The position numbers were made by a program, and so were the translations under genes. DNA of 64,000 bases from Camelus dromedarius (taxonomy: Eukaryota), in NCBI RefSeq assembly GCF_036321535.1, contig NC_087462.1, positions 6,014,001-6,078,000 of the forward strand, read 5' to 3'. Positions 1-12,500 of the stretch are shown piece by piece. Position 1 is the stretch's first letter. Every line of letters begins with the position of its first letter. Below the pieces are notes generated by a model. The model saw only the letters and a list, made by a program, of their open reading frames with translations, was not told where the DNA came from and did not search any database.

Positions 1-159
1 TCAGCATCAACTAATGTCTATTTATTCCTGCATGGTAAGGCCTCTTTCCTCATAAAGGAAAAGGTCCATCTCATGCCTGGAACAGAGGACGCACTTAATA
101 AATGTTTGTGGCCTGAATTAATCACCAGTTCCCCACCTCTGAACCCCATCCACATCTGT

Positions 160-226
160 TTATTTTTGAGGGGGGAAGGTAATTAAGTTTATTTAGATAT
201 CTCATTATTATTATTATTATTATTTA

Positions 227-271
<45 letters not shown>

Positions 272-366
272 TTTTTTTTTTTTTTAGTGGAGGTTCTGGG
301 GATTGAGCCCAGGACTTTGTGCATGCTAAGCATGTGCTCTACCACTGAGCTATACCCTTCCTGCCG
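160..366 (-). mobile_element. tRNA-Ala-derived camelid SINE (Vic-1-like) with (TTA)n expansion in its tail
   Basis: Reverse-complement tRNA-Ala(AGC)-like head; TSD ATCCACATCTGT at 148-159 and 367-378. Confidence 0.88.
204..270. repeat. (TTA)n microsatellite
   Basis: About 22 TTA units with one interruption. Confidence 0.95.
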
Positions 367-452
367 ATCCACATCTGTCTAGTCAAAGGAGGCCAGGCGA
401 GTTCCAACAACTCCTTCTCCCCAGACCCCTGTCCATCCCCAAAGGTTCATAC

Positions 453-541
453 CAATATAGGGACCCAGTAGTAATTGAGGGGTGGTGCTGTGTCCTGCAC
501 GATCCTGATTCGATGGGTGAAGAAGAAGAAAGCCAGGATTC
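453..541 (-). CDS. SLC44A2: SLC44A2 exon 20
   Basis: 89 nt, [29 protein letters not shown]. Confidence 0.95.
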
Positions 542-3500
542 CTGGAGAGGGATGAGGGCTCTGGATAAAGGAAGTAGCCCCCCCAACAAGACCCCAGGGG
601 AGAAGATACTCATCACAGAAAATGTGGGGGCCCAACAGCAGTTCACAAGTCGTCCCCAACAGGCTCCCTGCAGCTGGACAGGCTGGGTGAGCGGCACTCA
701 CCCACACTACCCACGATCAGAAGTTTGCCCAACAGGAAGAGGAAGTCAGTAACTTTGTCCAGGACGGCCACTCTGCAGGGGACAGAGGGAAGCAGGCATG
801 AATGATGGTTCAGAGCCCTGAGGAGGAGGGAGTTGGCGAGAGAGTGTTTTCCCTGACCTGATGATGTTTCTCATGAGCAGGAAGAAGGCGTTTCTGGCCG
901 AAGTGCAGAAGTTGGTGCCATAGATGGCAATCTACAGGGAGGTGGGAGGGATGAATCAGGCCTACCGGGTGGGAAATGAGGGCTTCTCCCACCCAGCAGG
1001 AGCTGCGGGATTACTTCCTGGCCCCAGGCCTACTCACCATGATGTAGGCATTTCTGTTGAGGAATTTGATGAATTTCTCCAGGCACCAGAAACAGCATTT
1101 GAGACAGGTCATGAGGAACTTGGCAAACTTGTTCTCCGCAGCTGGCAGACAGGGGAGGGATGCAGCGGTGAGAGGGGACCCCACTAGCCTGGTAAGACAC
1201 CCCCCAGACCTCCCCCTTACAGGAACTTGCTACAGCCCTGGACTCAGAGCCCACCTTCTCCAAGAGAAGGTGAGAAGAGACTTGATCCAGGACCCTTGGG
1301 GTCCTGCCCCACACCCTAGTAGGAACTAACCTGGGCTAGGACCCTCAGCCCCGCCCCCCTTTTTAAAAAGGGGCACTCAGCCCAGTCTCCAAGACAGGGC
1401 TCAAAGACAACCCACTACACCACCCCGGCCCCACCTTCCAGACAGAAGCCAATTCTTTTTTTTTTTTTTTTGACAGAAGTCAATTCTTGATGCTTCCCTG
1501 GCTCTACCCGAAAGGTCAACCAATCCCATCCCAACCCTCTCTTCAGAAGCCAATGGTGGTTCAGGACTCTTGTTCCTGCCTCCTCAGCAATATGAACACC
1601 ACTCATTGGGGCTCTCAGCCACGCCTACATCATAGGAACCAATCACTCAAGCCCCTCAGCCCCACCCTTTCCCCCTCTTTGGCAGGAACCAATCCCTGCC
1701 TCACCATCTTAACCCCACCCCCACACAAGAACCAATCCCAACCTGCCCCTTAGCCCCGCCTACTATGGGAGTCAGGTCCAACCACATGTGGGCCATACCT
1801 TTCAGGCGCTGATCCAAGTATTCCAGCATCACTCGGATGATCTGCACAATGGCCAGAATGAGGGCGCCAAAGGCCAGGGAGCCTGTATGATACCTTCGGG
1901 CCAAGAGGGTGGTCAGTGGCCAGGCCAAGACTCTTCCATTCCATCTCACTCCCACCCCCAGCCCACCTGGGACCCCACCTGAGCGCCCGGCCGAAGGCAG
2001 AGAAGAGCGGGAAGGCAGGTAGGTCATCCGGCTTGTTCAGGGCCCAGTAGTAAGAGGCGAAGGCCCCAGCCAGCGTGACCTGGCCCAGCGCCAGCACAAA
2101 GTTGGCCAGCCAGAAGAACATGAAGACATTGAAGATCTGCAGGCCCAGGAGGGCTCGATGGTAATTTGACTCACCACCATAGAAGGCGAACTGACAGTAG
2201 GCACCAGGGCACAGGCGGGATTCGTTAGAGGAGGGGAAGGTCTGTGGGAGGGACACAGAGTCACATCATAGGGGCTGGGGTTCAGAGTGGGCTCTGGGCA
2301 TCAGGTCCTGATCAGGTAGACAGTAGGGTGGGATGGGAGTCATAAGGATCAGAGTTAAGTCAAGAGATTGGAGGCTTAGGATAGGGGTTTGCAAAAGGGG
2401 TTCTAGAAGAAAGATTAGGGTTCATGGTTTCAATGGGCATCAGTGAGGTGGCACAGGCTATCTCGGGGCTCAATGGAGTGACCATGTGGACAGATCACGT
2501 GTGGCAGACATCAGTATGAGGACCACAGGGGTCAGGTTAGGGCCTTGTGAAAAGCAAGGAAGGGGTTCTAGAAGCAAGAACTGGCCATTAGGGTTAAGAG
2601 AGGGGTGTGGGAGCAGGAAATGAAGTCAAGGGGGAGAAAGGTGGATGGTTCAGCACTTGGGTGGGGGCAGCTGCCAGGTTGAATCCTTCCCTTCCATGCC
2701 CCCAACATCCAGCACAGGACATACAGCAGGCACCAAATGTTTGTTCAATGGTCCCAAGTGGAGATGAGAGGCTTCAGATCATCTGTGGGCTGCTAGGGAA
2801 ATAGCCATCCCCCCATCTCCGAATACCCACCTCAGGGTTGCAGGTTTTCCCAGCAACTGAGCAGGCAGTGTCACTGAAGATCTTATAGACGGCTTCGTTG
2901 GAAGTAGACAGGAAGCTGGAGGCTTGTTAAGGAACCCAAGGTCTGGGATTAGGGATTCCAGGGGCACCTGGGGAAGAATCCATTCCCCCACCACGTTCTG
3001 GCCTTGCCCTCAAGCTGCAGGTCACCTCCAAGTTAGGCACTTAGCCACCCCCAGGGTGGGAGATCGGGGTCTGACAGTGGATACATAGCAGTGCTAGCCC
3101 AGTAGGCGATGCAAAGACACAGCAGGAAGAAGGTGACCAGTGGGTACAGCAAGGAGCACATGACGTATCCCACAGCCCTGTGGAGGAGCAGAGACACAGG
3201 CATCAAGGCCAGAGCAGCCCTGGGACCACCCTAGCCTGATCCCCTGGCACCCTGGCACCCACCTGCTGGCTTCTTTGATGAGTGCAATGGCGATGAGAAT
3301 TCTCTTCCGTAGAAAGATGAGCAGCAGGATGATAATAACCTCGAGGATGCTCAGAATTATCACTGCAGGGGGCAGAGGGTGACCGAATCTGCTACCTGCC
3401 TGGGATCCCCACCCAGGCCTCACTGGGGGCAGGAGTGGGGAGCTGGGACTCACTGAAGGCCATCCAGGTCTGGCGCAAGTGCAGGTATACGCGGAGGTCT

Positions 3501-6500
3501 GTCTGGAAGCCAAGGTCCACCAGGGAGATGTCGGAGCCGGCCTCACCACGCAGTCGAGCGTACTCCATGTAGCAATGAAATATTCCTGCATGGGGGAACC
3601 ACTGTGCTACGACTGCCCTCAGCCCACCAACTGCTCCCCAATGTTGCAAAGCAGGTACAAAACCACTCCCATTTAACAGAAACAAAAACCAAGGCTGAGA
3701 AGGGTTGCCACTGCTTGCTCCTGCCTCAGGGCCTTTGTACTTGCTGTTCCCACTGCCTGGTACAGTCTCTCTGCAACAGGATCCCTCACATCCTCCAATC
3801 TCTGCTCAAATGTCACCTCATGAGACCTTCTAGGATCCCTTCCCCCATGTAGAATCAGACCCTCTCACACTCTGATTTCTCATCTCCCTTCACTGCTTTG
3901 GCATCCAAGAGGATTTCTGGTAGGTTTCTTGTCCATCTTGCCCATATCCTCAGGAATATAAGCCCCACGAGAGTAAGGATTTGTCCTGTTTTATTCATTG
4001 CTATGCCTGCTAAGCCCAGGACCTAGAAGACTGCCCAGAAAACAGTAGTCACTCATTAAATGAATGAATGAATGTCAGGATACTGTGTGGTCTGAGGCTT
4101 TACTGACCACTTTGCCCCCTTGTATAATGATTCATGGGTGAGGGGGGAGGATATGGGCGCTAACATTCAGTGGGGCAGCTTTAGGAATTTTCAGAATTCT
4201 CCTTAACTCTCTGTAGAAGAAAATTATAAAATACAGATAAGTACCAAAGAATGAGTCACCTAAACTGCCAGCACCCAGACAGAAGCCACTATTAATACGA
4301 ATATTTTAACATCTGTATCCTCTGATTGGGTTGCATGTCTGGCATCTTTCCTCCTGGAAAGTTTAAATAAATAAACAGAACAGGAGGCACTGGGATCTGA
4401 GCACGGCCTCTGGGTTCCATAGGCCTCAGATCTCCAGGGCCCTCCTCCATTTCTCCTGGACACTATCTTCTTCTCATTAAGCCTCCTAACAAGTAAATAC
4501 TAATTATGCCCATTTTATAGAGGAGGAAATTGAAGCATGGAAAAGTTGAGTCTCTCGCCCAAGGTCACAGAGCAAAGAATTGGCAGAGCCAGCGTTTGAA
4601 ACCCTGGACTTCCTAGTGCCACAGCATATGGCCTTAACCACCGTGCTAAATGGTCTGCTTGAGAAGGCCTTTACTCTTCGATGAAATACAGATCCCCTCC
4701 TGTTTTGGAAGATTATGATTTAACCCATCTCGCAGAGATGAGCACTGAGGTTATTTCCAAGGGTCTGCTCTCATAAACAAAGTTGAGATAAACATCTTCA
4801 CAAATATTTCAGATCAAAGATGGAGGATGCCTGATGGCTCAGGAGAAGATTCTCCATGGGCCACTGACAGCTCAAAGGGCCTAGGCATTTTGCAGACGGT
4901 GGGGAGGGGAGGGCGCAGGGAAGAGGAGACGCACCATAGCCCAGCACCAGAATCACCATGACGATCATCACCCAGACCATAATGCCAGCCAAGAAGCGGA
5001 GCAGGACGATGAACAGGAGGCTTATCACCATGGCGATGACCAGGCCTCTGGGGGATAAAATGAGGGCATGAGCAGACCCTTTCCCCTCACCAGTCTCAGA
5101 CAGGGCAGCCCAGGGAGGGCTACCTTCTCTCTCCACTTACATGACAATCCAGTACCAGGAGACAGTGTAATCTTCAAATATCCGCATGGCCAACTGTCGG
5201 GCCTCCAGGACTCCATTGGCCTTCCTGGGGGAAGGCAGATGAGGATTAGGTCAGACCTGCCTCCCTGCCTGGGCCAGCCCCAGGGGATGCCCTGTCCCAC
5301 CCAAGAAAACGTGATGTGGGCATGGTAGGTTATGGTCCTCACTTGGCGCCTTCCACCAGCTCCGTGACGTTTTTCCGAGCACCGAGTCCATCCTCATAGG
5401 TCGTCTCGTTGCCCACCATGAGGACTCCTTTGTGGGTATGGATGGCGGGGAAGCATCGCTGGGCCACTGCATGGAGCAGGGGATGGGACCAGTCAGGCTG
5501 AGCCCCTGAAACCTCCCCATGCCCCTCCTGAGCTCACGGGACCACCTGAGCTCATGGGACCCCAGACTCACGGGGTTTGCTGGGGGTGAGGACAGCGGGG
5601 CAGTCGCCATCCCGGAGCACCTCAGCCACACCCTGCCAAGAGAGAGGGAGTGGGTTAATTCTGCAGGTCGGCACTCTCTATCTGTCCCTGCCCGGGCTCC
5701 AAGGACAGCCACCCGCTTACCTTGTTGTTCTTAAAGCCAGGCACACAGAACTCCTTATAGTATTCAAAGTCCTGGGATTTGTGAGCGTTCAGGTAGGTGA
5801 GGTAACGGTTGGGGCATTTCTCCACACAGATCTTGGAAGGGCAGAAGGCAGGATTGGGTAGGGTCAGAACGGACACCTTATCCCCTCTCAAGACAGAGGT
5901 TCCACCCCCTCCCCCTTATTCACCAGGGAGAGAGAAAGGCCTGGGATTCACCAGGGAGAAAGAACGGACTGTGAGAGAAGCTCCAGCTATAGAAGGAAAA
6001 GGACCTGATGATGGAAGGAGGGGTGAGGGGACGGGAAAGAGGCTGGGAGGGGACAAGTTACCTGTGGGGTGGGACACTGGAATTCCAGCAGGACCAGAGG
6101 GCTGGCACACTTCACAATGTTGAAATAAAACAGGTAGGGTTTGTTCCTGGGGTTGGGGAAGGGAGATGGAAACTGTCAAGACTTCTTAGTCAGCCTATGT
6201 AATATACCTTAATGAAAACAACAACAACAGTAATAATGCTGCTGCAGCAACTCCATGCTGGGTGCTGTTCTAAGCACTGGACATGTATTGGCTCATCTAA
6301 CCATCACAACAGCCCCATGAGGGTGAGACTGTCATGATCCCCACTTCAGAGATGAGGAAAATGAGGCCCAGAGAGGTTGAGACACTTGTCATAGGTCACA
6401 CAGCCAGGGAATGGCACAGCTTAGATTAAACCTGCTCTTTACCTCACCTGTTCATCACCACCTGACATCAGATTGGGGACTATCTCCTCTCTGTCTTCTC

Positions 6501-9500
6501 CCTAATATGTGGGCCACCAGAGGACAAGGCTCTGAATGTCTCATTTAGTGCTGTGTCCTAGAGCAGAGGCTGGTGATGGTGGGAGTTTTATAAATACTTG
6601 TTGATCAAACTAGTGGATGGATGGAGGTGGGGGAAACCTAGAACCTTCTCCCCAGTGCTGATAAAGGTCTCTCACCCATTCCTCCCCAGCCCCAGCAGGC
6701 GCCAAGGAGACAGACTCACGCGTTTTTTGTGCCCTTCTGCCCGCAGAACTCGCCTCGGCTATCAGTGGGGTAGATCACCTTTCGAGGGTCCCCATGGGTC
6801 CAAGCTGTGGAGGGATCCAGGGATGCTGAGGCGCTGCCACTCCTTAGCACCAGCCCCACTCTGCCCCAGAGGCTATGGCTTGCCCTCCCACCCTGGAACC
6901 CCAATACCCTCCCCTCCTCTGCTCACCTATGATGCCTACAGCCACATAGCCCACAATGGCCAGGAGGAGGAACACACAGCAAATGGTATCTGTGCAGCCC
7001 CTGGGGAGCAAGGGACCACATCAGGGTGGGAGTATTGGTGTCCTGTATATCATGAATTCATCCTACCTTGCACACATACACATATCCAAGGGCTATTTGG
7101 ACACATGTTCCTGAGGGGTCAAAGGGCATGTGTATTTTAAATGTTAACACCTTTCACTGCAGCACTAGTTACAATTGCCAAGATATAGAAGCAACCCAAG
7201 TGCCCATCCATAGATGAATGAACAAAGAAGAAGTAGTGCATATATATACATATATAGGAATGTAATATATAACACATATAATATTATAATGGAATACTAT
7301 TCAGCCATTAAAAAGAGTGAAATCTTGCTATTTGCAGCAACATGGAATGGACTTGGAGGATATAATGCCAAGTGAAATAAGTCAGAGAAAAACAATGTAT
7401 GTTATATGTAAAATCTAAAAAACAAAACAAATGAACAAACAAAACAAAACAGAAACAGACTCATAGATGCAGAGAACAAACTGGCAGTCATCAAAGGGGA
7501 GGTAGGGGGGACAGAGGAAACAGGTGAAGGGGATTAAAGGTACAAACTTCCAAGTATAAAATAAATGTCATGGAGATACAATATACACATCAGGAATATA
7601 GTCAATAATACCGTAACAACTCTGTATGGTTACAGATGGTAACTGGCCTTATTGAAGTGACCATTTCATAATGTATAAAAATATCAAATTACTATGTTGT
7701 ATACCTGAAATTAGTATATTATGTTAGTTATAACTCAAACCCCCCTCAAAATAAATTTTAATACCTAATGCTATATTGTCCTCAAAGCAGGTTGCAGCAA
7801 TGTTCAGCTCTCTTTGGATTGAGTGCCTATTTCCCCACATCTTTACCAGCATTACATATCAATGTTTTTAAAATTTAAGCTATTTTGTGGTGATCATTTT
7901 GCAATGTGTAGAAACAATGTATCACTATGTTATGCACCAGGAACTAACATAGTGATGTAGGTCAATTATACTTCAAACAAAATTCATAGAAAAAGAGATC
8001 ATATTTGTGGTTACCAGAGGAAGGGCAGGGGGGCATTGGATGAAGGTGATCAAATTTCTAGTTATAAGATAAATAAGTACCAGGGATATAATGTACAACA
8101 TGATTAAAATCATTAACACTGCTGTAGGTTATATACAAAAGTTGTTAAGAGAGTAAATCCTAAGAGGTCTCATCCATAAGACTTCCTCAAAAGGAAACAT
8201 ATTCTTTCTTTTTCTTTTCTTTTCTATCTATGAGATAATGGATGTTCACTTAACTTATTGTGATAATCATGGTATTTGGAAATGAAATTATTATGCTGTA
8301 TACCTTAAACTTATACAGTATTATATATCAATTATATCTCAATAAAACTGGAAGAAAAATGAAAAAAAACATGTTTCACAAACCATGTTAGCACCTACTC
8401 AAGTTTTTAAAACTATTTTTTTATCATAAGATCAAATATGAACATGATAAAATTTAAACCATACAGGAATGTATGTAATTAAGAAATGTCTCCCATATAA
8501 TTCACCTCACCATGAGTAACCTCTATTAATGATTTCTTGTGAGCCCTTTATTTATTGGTACAAGTGTTTTCCAAAAAAATTTTTTTTTTGCTGGTGAGGG
8601 TATAGCTCAAGTGACAGAGCGCATGTTTAGCATGCACAAGGTCCTGGGTTCAATCCCCAGTTACTCCTCTAAAAATAAATACATAAATAAATAAGTAAAC
8701 CTAATTACCTCCAAAAATTTTTTTTAAAAATTTAATTCAAGCATGATACATCCACTGTTTATGTCTTATTTTTTCACTTAGTAAATTGAGAGGGATCCAA
8801 AAGAAAAAAAGATTTAATTAAAAAGTTTTTTTAAAGAAACAAAACAAATCTTTTAAAGAGATGGATCCACATCACTACTTAGAAAGACTCAAGTACACTT
8901 TACCAGCTGTGTAATATTATAACCTAAGGATGCACTGTTGTAACTAGTATCTAACTAGTTCCAAGAGATGCAACCCAGGTTGTTGGTTTTCACCATTTTC
9001 AAAAAGGCAGCAGTATCATACATTTTTGTCCATGTATGCAAGGTTTACTAGGAGAATTATTTTCCTAGAATTTTAATTGCTAAAACAAAGAGCTGAACAT
9101 TAAAAAAAAAAAAAGTTGTATTTCTAAGTTCCCTCCAAAAAAGACTATCAACTAGTTTCAGAGCAGACTATAAGTCAATCTTTTTTCTTAATTGATGTAA
9201 CAGTGATTTATAACATTATATTTCTACTTCTGTATATTCTAGTCTGTCAATCTTCTATGTATGTGTGTGTGCATGTGTGTGTGTGTGAGAGAGAGAATAT
9301 TTTTAACCTCTGCCAATCTGTGACAGGGAAATTCTATTTGGTTATTGTTTTGTGTTACATTCCATTACTTTCCAGTGAGTTTGAGCATTCATTTCTCCAT
9401 TAACTCCATTTCGACAGCATTTCTTGTTCTATAAATGATCTGTTCCAGTCTTTTGCTTGAATTTTAAAAGTTCATTTGTAAAGACTCTTTGTATATTAAG

Positions 9501-12500
9501 GAAGTTTTTCTTATTGTTCTTTTATCTTTAAGTTTCTTTATCGTTAAGTTGCAAATATTAATCACTAGTTCGTTGGCGAACAGATGTGGGGCTGTGTGTA
9601 AAGAAACAGGGGTGGAGGCAGTGTTAGCAGAGACCCCTCCCCTTCCAGGAGCCCAGAGACCTTACCTGTTGTAAATGGGTCCTTTGAAGGCGGGGTCATA
9701 CTTCTGCGGTGTTCCTGAAAATCAGCCAGAGGTACCAAGATGGGACTGGGAGATCACCCTTCCCCAGAGGTCCCTAGGGGTGTCTTTGGCCACGGGAGGA
9801 GTAAGATTCAGATATCCTGCGGATTTTCTATCACCTGGCGACCACTCACTGGGAGGGGGCTGGAAAGGGGCCCGTCAGTGAGCCCGGTGGGGAGGGGAGG
9901 GTCCAAAATAGGATCTGGAAGGTTCCCACAGGAGTACTAGGGAGGCGGCGACGAGGCTCTTCGGAGGAGGGAGTTTGGAGGGACCTCCGGGTGAAGACTG
10001 GGGTGAGGGATGCTGGCAGGTGATGATGAGGGGCCTACAGGAAGAGATCTGAAATTCCGCTCGCCCCTCAGCCCCCATCCTCGTCCTCCCGCTGCCCCCT
10101 CCAAGTTGCCAGGCCCGCGTGCGGGCGGCGGGCGCTGCCTACCGTGCTTCCCGTAGTAGTGCTGCCGCTCGCCCGCCATCCCTGCAGGTGCCCAGCCCCG
10201 CCGGCCGCCCGCCTGCTCCCGTGCCCGCTTGGCCCTCGGGTCCCGACGCGCGGGCGTCCCGAGGGAGGGACCGAGGGACCGACTGGCGGCGGCTCCTCCC
10301 AGCAGAGCCGGGCGGGGCGGCCCAAACCGGTCAGACCGGCCCTAGTGGAGCGGCTGCCTCCGGACAGACTGGACCGCGAAACGGAGGGAGGCAGGGAAGG
10401 AGGAGGGGGCCGGGCGGGGCGGCAGCTGCTCCCGCCACTCACCCGCCGGCCGGATTTAGCCCTCCCCGCCAGCCGCCCAGCCCCCACCCCGGGCACCCTA
10501 AGGCAGCGCTCCGTGGCCTGGGTTCCCCCCACCACCCACCAGGCGACACCGCCTAGAACAACCCTCCACCCTGGAAGGCGCCTGATAATTGTCTCATTCT
10601 CCAGGTACGGAAACTGAGGCGCAAGGAGGTTAAATCTCTAGCCAGGCGCCACAAAACCGGCAGTTGGTTTTGCTGAACTCAAACAACCAATTATAGCCTA
10701 TTCAGGCTGAAAACTCTCAAGCTAGTGGTGGTGGGGGGGAGGGTGTTTGTTTCTTCTGGTCTGCATTCTTAAAAAAATTAAATGCCAGGAGTTAAATATT
10801 TGTAGTCTATTTAAAAATCCACATCGCCAGTCTCTTTAAAACGGCGACTTACAGTCCCCATGTCACATCCCTGCCTGGCTCTGGTCCCTCTGTGGCCCCT
10901 GAGGCTACACACCTGAGCTAGCCATCCCTGCACACCCTCACAGTCGATAATCCTGAAGCCACTGTTTTGGAGAACAAGTATTTACTGAGTGCCTACTGGC
11001 TGGGCACCAGGAACAGGGGCAAATGAGAGAGACCCAGTCTTGTGGGTCTGTCCTGGTGGAGCTGACATCCTTCTGGGTGCATCTGAGCCAGAGGATAGTC
11101 AGGCCAGTGCCTTCCTTTCCCTGAGCCTCAGTTTCCTCAATTGTGATATGGGGCTAAAGCATAAAGGCAAAATCAGCCAAAACTAGGTACAGGTACCAGG
11201 AGATATTCAGTTAGCGCAGATGCACTATATTGTCAGTGTAGGGGAGTTCAGCGGATGTGGGGGTATACAGTAGGTATGGGGGTACTGCCAACATGGGGCA
11301 TATAGCCCACATGGAGGTATACAGTTAGGGGTGTTTAATCAGTGTGGAATATACAGTAGGGTAGTGGTATACAGCTGGTGGAAGGTATATAGTCAGTGTG
11401 GGGTTGCACAGCTTGTGTGGGAGTACACAGCCCCCACGGCTGTATCCTCCCTTCATCATGTGCCTGTTCTCACTGCATCTCTCAACAACCCTTGGGCCCA
11501 GTTGTATACTTACAGTACAACCAACTATACAGAGCATACAGCAAGCAAGGGTCATAAGTGTGGTTATATACAGTTGGTGCTTAATTGTAGCTGCTGCCTC
11601 AGAGTCAGGCACCCCCTTGTGGGGCTCTGGTCACCAACTCAGCTTATCCTGAGAGAAATGTCACCTCCCCCTCCTAGTGGCTTCCAGCTGTGGAGGCCCA
11701 TCTGCCCCCTGGCCCACAGGCTTGAGCAAACAGACAGTCAAGGCCCCAGGCTCAAAGCCATGCCCTTGAGTGACCAGGCCTCCCAAAGTAGTCCTCTGGT
11801 TGCCACAGTCCCACCCAGTCCGAGCGGTGCCCAGGCCACAGCCTCTCCTCTTCCCAGATACACTCGGTCCCCTGGGGACACACTGGCAGACGCAGGCCTT
11901 CAACCACCAGCTCCACCCTGATGATGCCCAAATGTGGACCCCTGGGAGTGGGGAGGGCATAGCTCAAGTGGTAGAGCGCATGCTTAGCATACACAAGGTC
12001 CTGGGTTCCATCCCAGTACCTCCTCCAAAAATAAATAAGTAAACCTAACAATCTCCTTCTCAAAAAAAATTTTTTTAAAATGTGGACCTTTGGGGAGGGC
12101 CTCACCCCAAGCTGCATGTCCCTGTGACTCTGCCCGCCAGAAGCCCACAAGGGGTCTCATGGGCACCTCCCACTCAGCATGGCCACATCAAGCCCTTGCG
12201 TGTCCCCCAAGGTGCCCCAAGTCAGAAGTGCTCAGGCTGGAAACCTGGGATACCTCTCTGCTTTATATCAGCTTTGCCTTCAGAATTTGTCTAGAATCCA
12301 ACTATTTCTCACCCTCTCCTCAGCCCCCACCCTTGTCACATGGCTGTCATCTCCTGTCTGGACAGTGCAGCTCCCACCCTTGTCCTGCACTGTTCCCCCA
12401 ACAGTGGCCAGAGGAGCCTGTAAACACCCAAGTCAGGGCACATCCCTCCTCTGCCCCGAACCCGGAGGAGACTCCCATCTCACTCTGAGGAAAAGCCCAA

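Noticed and set aside
1882-1893. GTATCA at the start of SLC44A2 exon 16 as another U12 donor
   Set aside because: It is coding sequence (R-Y-H) directly after an acceptor, not a donor
10324-10660. GRHL-like AAACCGG motifs near the SLC44A2 proximal promoter
   Set aside because: Only partial matches to AACCGGTT; not distinguishable from chance
11331-11921. 196-aa + strand ORF with a TTG start
   Set aside because: Non-ATG start, runs through a degenerate repeat, no homology recognised, antisense within an intron
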